From a virus (taxonomy: Duplodnaviria; Heunggongvirae; Uroviricota; Caudoviricetes), in the IMG/VR virus record IMGVR_UViG_3300032280_000361: a stretch of DNA of 64,000 nucleotides; one strand, given 5' to 3'. The notes beneath the pieces are model-generated. The model had not been told where the DNA came from. It ran no database searches and was given only the letters and a program-made list of their open reading frames with translations. The position numbers were made by a program, and so were the translations under genes. Each line of letters begins with the position of its first letter. Position 1 is the stretch's first letter. Below, in pieces: positions 59,201-64,000 of the stretch.

Positions 59201-61675
59201 TTAACTTATTGGATTTCTAACTGCGTTTGCTGCAATTTTTGCGTTCATTCTTTGACCATCTATATTAACTGCAATTTTACCGGCAGCCAAATCAGCTCTC
59301 ATCCCTTGCATTTCAGCAATCAATGAACTAACTAATGCCGCAGTTCCTCCTCCTTCTCCTCCACCGATTTGTCCAGCTAATGCCGAAGGGTTTTTAGATG
59401 CAATTAAGAAGTCTGCGGGGTCTGTTGATATAACCTGTCCATTTTGCATAACACCATCGTTAACGCTTTGTGTTTCTCCGCCACCTCCCGCTTCTTCTCC
59501 ACCCATACCGAAGAAACCTTTAACCATTTCCCATCCTGATTGTATGGTACTTATAAAACTCATAATTGGTTCTACTAAATAAGTTTGTAAAAAACCACTT
59601 ATCATATCTATACCGCCAAATACGAAATCAAATAATATTGAAAATGCTCCAACTAAAACATCGATAGCTCCACCGATTACAGTACCTAATAATTCTCCTA
59701 TAAATGAAAACACAGGAAGAATAGGAGCAATACCTTCCATTATCTTATCTTTCAATTCTGTAAATTTAGCCATTAATGGTTCTAATTTTTCGCTTATAGT
59801 AGCTAACGGTTTCGATATGTTTTCCATAATAGCACTTGCAATTGCAAATATTGGTTTTACTATTGCCATAAGCAAATCCCACATAACTCTTAAAGGCATC
59901 AATGCTATGTTTAAAACTGAACCTATTGTACTAAATACCGGCATTAACGTACTTTGTAACAAATCTATAATATCTGTTATTATCGGCATTAATACTTTTC
60001 CTAACGGCATTAACGCATCCATAAACCCAGTACTTAATGCACTAGCTCCGTTCGATAATTTATCCATTTGGGATTGCATATCTTTTTGAGATGCCATTTT
60101 TTTATTTTGTAAATCCAAATCAGCAGCACTTATTTGAGTTATATCTTTTCCAGCATCCATTAATGCATGTGCCGCTGCTAAACGACCTTCATCTAAGTTT
60201 CCGAATTGTTTTTGAATTCGTTGCATATTAACCAATTCCTCAACTGATTTACCGGTTGCCTTAGCTAATGCTTCTTTTGAGTACATATCCATTTTATTGA
60301 TATCACCCACTTTCATCATTTCTTCCATTATGGCCTTTTCTTGCTCATATTGGTTTCCAGCAAATGCCGCAGCTCTCGCTTTTTCTAAGTTTATATCAGC
60401 ACCTAGCATTGCACTTGCTTCTAATTCATTTGCAATACTACTTTCAAAATCTAATAACGATTCAGATGATTTTGCAGCACTCTCCAATGAAGAACCCATC
60501 GCAGCTAAACTAACTGCTGATTTAGCTAATTCTTTTGGTGAACCTCTAAAATACTTAAGAGTATTTGCACTATTATCAGCAATATCCTTCATCACTTGTT
60601 GTGGAGCAACTCCTGCTAACTTACTCATTTCAACAACTGACATACTCATTGATGCCGCCTGAGCTTCAGTTAATCCACCCAAGTTCTGCATCACTTTATT
60701 TACTTTGGAAGCTTCATCAAATCCAACTCCAAAGTTTTTATTCATTATAATTAAAGATTCTACAGTTGATTTTGCAGGTTGTTGAATACCATCGAAAGCA
60801 GTTACAAAACTTGAAGCTGCTTTTCCTACATCTTCGGCCGTTGCCCCTAAATTTGCATATTCTACTGATACACTTGAAATTGTACTCTGTAATCCTTTTG
60901 TTTGTGAATTAAGTAATCCGGTTGTATCTCTAAATTGTTGAGCAGCCTTATCTATTTCCGAAAATCTTTTTACCCCTAATGCTAATGCACCAACAACCAA
61001 TCCTATTATTACCAATGGTGATGCAAACGCAGCCATTAATGATTGTCCCAATGCGGGTGCCGCGGCTCTTAACGAACCCATCATACCTAAATTATTATTC
61101 AATCCAGCTCTGAAATTTGTTACAAATCCTTGCGCTGCATTTCCTAATTTATTTTTAATCGCATCACCACCCATTGAAGCTACTTTGGATAACATTCCCC
61201 CAACTACTGGTATTTGATTTAATCCATTTGTTATTGTATCAAAAGAATCTGCAAATGATTGAGTTAAACTATCTGCAACATCTCTTACCTTTTCAGTAGC
61301 TGCTAATCTCTGCTGTTCAATATTAAGTGTTTCCTCAGCTATTTCTAAAGCTCTTAGCATTTCTCTACCTATTACAGCATTTATACCAACATATGAACCA
61401 GCTACTCTTATTTTTTCACTTTCGATTTCTACCAATTTTTTTGCAACATCTTCGGATGATTCTAATTGAGTCATCGATGATTTTAAATCGTTATGATAGT
61501 CTTTTACTCTTCTACCTAATGTTGTTCTATAATCAATTTCATTATCAATAGATTGTGCCGCTGCAGATGTCATAGACGCGGATATCTTAAGAGCTTCATT
61601 ATATTCATTTTGAAGTCTTATGTTTTCTTTTTGTCGTTCTGCTAATTGTTTCGCCTGGTCGTCTAATGATGCCAT
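59201..61675 (-). CDS. tape measure protein
   Basis: long helical A/S/M-rich protein with amphipathic repeats, downstream of the tube and chaperone genes. Confidence 0.8.
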   Translation of the reverse strand: MASLDDQAKQLAERQKENIRLQNEYNEALKISASMTSAAAQSIDNEIDYRTTLGRRVKDYHNDLKSSMTQLESSEDVAKKLVEIESEKIRVAGSYVGINAVIGREMLRALEIAEETLNIEQQRLAATEKVRDVADSLTQSFADSFDTITNGLNQIPVVGGMLSKVASMGGDAIKNKLGNAAQGFVTNFRAGLNNNLGMMGSLRAAAPALGQSLMAAFASPLVIIGLVVGALALGVKRFSEIDKAAQQFRDTTGLLNSQTKGLQSTISSVSVEYANLGATAEDVGKAASSFVTAFDGIQQPAKSTVESLIIMNKNFGVGFDEASKVNKVMQNLGGLTEAQAASMSMSVVEMSKLAGVAPQQVMKDIADNSANTLKYFRGSPKELAKSAVSLAAMGSSLESAAKSSESLLDFESSIANELEASAMLGADINLEKARAAAFAGNQYEQEKAIMEEMMKVGDINKMDMYSKEALAKATGKSVEELVNMQRIQKQFGNLDEGRLAAAHALMDAGKDITQISAADLDLQNKKMASQKDMQSQMDKLSNGASALSTGFMDALMPLGKVLMPIITDIIDLLQSTLMPVFSTIGSVLNIALMPLRVMWDLLMAIVKPIFAIASAIMENISKPLATISEKLEPLMAKFTELKDKIMEGIAPILPVFSFIGELLGTVIGGAIDVLVGAFSILFDFVFGGIDMISGFLQTYLVEPIMSFISTIQSGWEMVKGFFGMGGEEAGGGGETQSVNDGVMQNGQVISTDPADFLIASKNPSALAGQIGGGEGGGTAALVSSLIAEMQGMRADLAAGKIAVNIDGQRMNAKIAANAVRNPIS

Positions 61676-61693
61676 TGAGTCTATTATTATTTA

Positions 61694-61939
61694 TTATTTT
61701 ATATTCAAAATAGCTTTATAATGTGGTGGTATTGGTTTACCATCTTTTTGCAATTTTTCTACTTTATCTCTAATTTTTTGAATATCATTATCTAATTTTG
61801 TAGCCATAGCAATAAAATCCTTATCGTTAGATAATTTATTTACCATTACTTTTCCAAAGATATAATCAATAATACCTTCTCTTAGAGAATGTTTTTTACT
61901 TAAAGCTTCCTTAATACGATTTATGTGAGTTATATTCAT
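61694..61939 (-). CDS. hypothetical protein
   Basis: ORF with TATTTATA upstream at 61959. Confidence 0.6.
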   Translation of the reverse strand: MNITHINRIKEALSKKHSLREGIIDYIFGKVMVNKLSNDKDFIAMATKLDNDIQKIRDKVEKLQKDGKPIPPHYKAILNIK

Positions 61940-61972
61940 TTGTGTATAAATTTACTAATATAAATATCATTA

Positions 61973-62004
61973 TAAAAAAAATGAGAGTTAACGATTAACT
62001 CTCA
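61973..62004 (-). terminator. intrinsic terminator
   Basis: perfect stem TGAGAGTTAA-N3-TTAACTCTCA followed by a T-run on the minus strand. Confidence 0.7.
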
Positions 62005-62227
62005 CTTTAGATAAATTAGGGCCCCTTGCAGGGCCGTTACTTTTTGATGCTTTTTCTGTTTGTTCTTTTTCCGTTTTTTTCGATTGTATTAATTTGTTAT
62101 AATAAAAATTTCTTATATGAACCGGCATTTGATATACATCCGAATATATAAAACCATTTCCATAATAACACAAATCGAATATTTGACTGTGTAAAATTAC
62201 TGAATAATTACTCGGCAGGCCAAAAAA
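61988..62227 (-). CDS. tail assembly chaperone extension (gpT-like), probably reached by frameshift
   Basis: frame open from the T7 run: FFGLPSNYSVILHSQIFDLCYYGNGFIYSDVYQMPVHIRNFYY; no ATG at its 5' end. Confidence 0.65.
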   Translation of the reverse strand, partial: FFGLPSNYSVILHSQIFDLCYYGNGFIYSDVYQMPVHIRNFYYNKLIQSKKTEKEQTEKASKSNGPARGPNLSKVRVNR

Positions 62228-62969
62228 AGCCTACGCCCATCGGAATCGAGCGTACCTCCTTTTCTCCTGTTTCAGGACTTTCATATTCAAATTCCATTTT
62301 TACATCCGGAGAAATACTCTTAATGTATTCCCTAAATGCTCTAGTATCTTTAGCTAAAAATCTATTATTGATAAAATCTATAATTGATTTACTATCAGTT
62401 TTACCATCCACTTCCTGAATCATATAACGATATCTAGTAGTTAATTCTGAACTTATACCTCCTTTATTGAATTTAGCTAATGCTTTAATATCCTCTTCAA
62501 TCTTTTGCTCATCACCATGTGATAACAATTTAAATACTAAATTATTTCCAGATGGAGTAGTATATGGATATCGGTTATCTCTTCTCAATTTAGTTAAATC
62601 AATATCCTTTGTTTGAACTTTTGATAAATCTACATCTATTTTTTCCTTTTCTCCATTATCAGTAGTAAGTTCAATTGAATATAAAGGTCCATATCCTAAA
62701 ATACGAGTAGCTAACATAATAGCATTCTTATCACCTATTAGAATTTCATTTATATCAATATCCTTATCTACTATGATTGATTCAAATAATTTGTTTAATA
62801 CGATACCTTTTTTAATTAAGTTCTGTGAAGTGAGAATTTCTTCCTCCCTAGCTGTCATATACTTAATCTCTATTGTACCCTTTGATAATGGGGATGTTTC
62901 TGGATACCCCTTTCCTTCAGATGGAAGTGTTATAACCTCCGTTGCGAAATCGTACTTTTGTTCTGCCAT
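62208..62969 (-). CDS. tail assembly chaperone / baseplate hub assembly protein (gp26-like)
   Basis: LPSEGKGY, YMTAREEEIL, GDKNAIMLATRILGYG, ends FFWP; start moved to 62969. Confidence 0.75.
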   Translation of the reverse strand: MAEQKYDFATEVITLPSEGKGYPETSPLSKGTIEIKYMTAREEEILTSQNLIKKGIVLNKLFESIIVDKDIDINEILIGDKNAIMLATRILGYGPLYSIELTTDNGEKEKIDVDLSKVQTKDIDLTKLRRDNRYPYTTPSGNNLVFKLLSHGDEQKIEEDIKALAKFNKGGISSELTTRYRYMIQEVDGKTDSKSIIDFINNRFLAKDTRAFREYIKSISPDVKMEFEYESPETGEKEVRSIPMGVGFFWPAE

Positions 62970-63016
62970 AATAATAACTTGTTGTTTGTATATAAATATA
63001 TATATCTTAATTTTCC

Positions 63017-63051
63017 AAAAAACAAAAAACCCCCACCATTTCTGATGAGGG
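63017..63051 (-). terminator. intrinsic terminator after the tail tube gene
   Basis: CCCTCATCA-GAAA-TGGTGGGGG hairpin then TTTTTTGTTTTTT. Confidence 0.85.
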
Positions 63052-63084
63052 CTGTCCTTCGGTAGCATCCGTAAGGAATATTTT

Positions 63085-63576
63085 TTAGAATTCTAAGATT
63101 GCGTAATCATAAGTAAGTTCTAATACAATTGTAGTAGGGTCAGTAGCATTCGACCAATCCAAATCACCAAAGTTAGCTGAAGTGATAAATGCTCCTTTTA
63201 ATTTCCACTGCTCAATCTTATCACCTACTGGACCTAACATATAGAAATCCACATCCTTCTTATAGAACTCTGCGTATCCATCTCTACCTGTTAATGATTC
63301 GTGTGATGTTCTTACCCACTCCATTACTGCCTGTGCTCCAGAAGGAACAATTGGGTCGTAAAGTGTAATCTCTAACGTAGACCAATCACCTTTTCCTTTT
63401 AACTTTCTTTTGATGTTAATATGGTCTAATACCACAGGTTCAAAAGTGATTGTAGGTCTGTTACCAGCTTTCACTAAATATGAAGGGATACCGTCTATTT
63501 CGAAGATGAATCTATTTTTCATCTTAGGTTCGAAATTGGTATAAAACATTTCGTTAAATTCTAATACTTCTGCCAT
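63085..63576 (-). CDS. tail tube protein (gp19-like)
   Basis: EPKMKNRF, ITLYDPI, W.LKGAF, LTYDYA; follows the sheath gene. Confidence 0.85.
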   Translation of the reverse strand: MAEVLEFNEMFYTNFEPKMKNRFIFEIDGIPSYLVKAGNRPTITFEPVVLDHINIKRKLKGKGDWSTLEITLYDPIVPSGAQAVMEWVRTSHESLTGRDGYAEFYKKDVDFYMLGPVGDKIEQWKLKGAFITSANFGDLDWSNATDPTTIVLELTYDYAILEF

Positions 63577-63612
63577 TTTTTATTTCTTTTATATAAATAT
63601 CAATTATCGAAA

Positions 63613-63999
63613 TTATACACTAAATGATGCTCCTGTCGGTAAGATGTTGAAATCAATTACGATGAATTCAGCCGTCTTAGAAGGTTGTAAAAACACAGAA
63701 CCTTGTAATATGTTTCTGTCGATTACATCTGGTGTATTATTTGTCTCATCCATAACCACTCTAAATGCGTAAAGTCCTTGTCTTTGTTGAACTGCTTCTA
63801 AGTAAGGGTTTACAGTATTTAAGAATTTACTTCTTGTTTGTGCCGTATTTTGTTCGAACACTAAGAATCTAGAAGTAGATGCAACAAACTTCTTCAAGTT
63901 AATTAACAATCTTCTTACGTTGATTCTATCTAATGCAGATGCTTTATCTTGTAAAGTCTTCTGTCCAAATGCACTAATACCTTGTCCAGGGAATGTTGC
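63613..63999 (-). CDS. tail sheath protein, C-terminal part (truncated by the window edge)
   Basis: FGQKTLQ..ASALDRINVRRLLI, FEQN, DETNNTPDVIDRN, PSKTAEFI. Confidence 0.93.
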   Translation of the reverse strand, partial: ATFPGQGISAFGQKTLQDKASALDRINVRRLLINLKKFVASTSRFLVFEQNTAQTRSKFLNTVNPYLEAVQQRQGLYAFRVVMDETNNTPDVIDRNILQGSVFLQPSKTAEFIVIDFNILPTGASFSV

Positions 64000-64000
64000 G

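Noticed and set aside
7-63045. Plus-strand ORFs in the ORF track (e.g. 11360-11935, 30204-30578, 60297-60662)
   Set aside because: They lie antisense to well-supported minus-strand genes and have shadow-like Ser/Phe/Leu-rich composition.
62970-63068. N-terminal extensions given by the ORF track (also at 26405, 37206, 57316, 2591, 17866, 30754)
   Set aside because: They run through terminators, promoters or upstream genes; downstream ATGs fit better.
1-64000. Stop-codon reassignment
   Set aside because: The standard code gives full-length core genes and dense packing; TAG and TGA terminate genes normally (e.g. at 4211 and 3570).
1-64000. tRNA, rRNA or structured ncRNA genes; diversity-generating retroelement
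   Set aside because: Intergenic gaps are short and AT-rich with no cloverleaf seen; no reverse transcriptase or template/variable repeat pair was recognised.

Overview
A 64-kb segment of a large, AT-rich (about 30% GC by eye) T4-like myovirus, probably jumbo-sized. Essentially every gene is on the minus strand, and the + strand ORFs are shadows. In the direction of transcription (right to left) the order is: (1) contractile tail module (sheath, tube, chaperone pair, tape measure, baseplate; 54.4-64 kb); (2) a divergent family-A polymerase and a 1725-aa multi-module protein; (3) a T4-type replication module (gp32, UvsX/RecA, RNase H, gp41, NrdAB, thioredoxin, family-B polymerase, clamp and clamp loader, DNA methyltransferase, Cas4-like nuclease; 26-45 kb); (4) a roughly 14-kb glycan biosynthesis/tailoring cluster (12-26 kb); (5) a cluster of putative head-packaged proteins and auxiliary genes (0-12 kb). 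TTTG-N20-TAnnTTTG promoters, the lack of obvious Shine-Dalgarno sites and a DUF4494-like gene point to a Bacteroidota host. The most striking observation is at 4-12 kb. The proteins there are chains of unrelated 50-90-aa modules joined by an E-S-V-N-E linker encoded by a near-identical 16-bp DNA repeat, and several start with a capsid-targeting-like leader. This suggests a shufflable array of protease-released, virion-packaged effector modules (inference). Other signals: a probable +1/-2 frameshift in the tail chaperone, a putative late promoter that is the reverse complement of the T4 one, a NodC/NodB/NodS-like tailoring sub-cluster and apparent strong GATC avoidance. All family assignments come from motif recognition by eye; no database searches were run.
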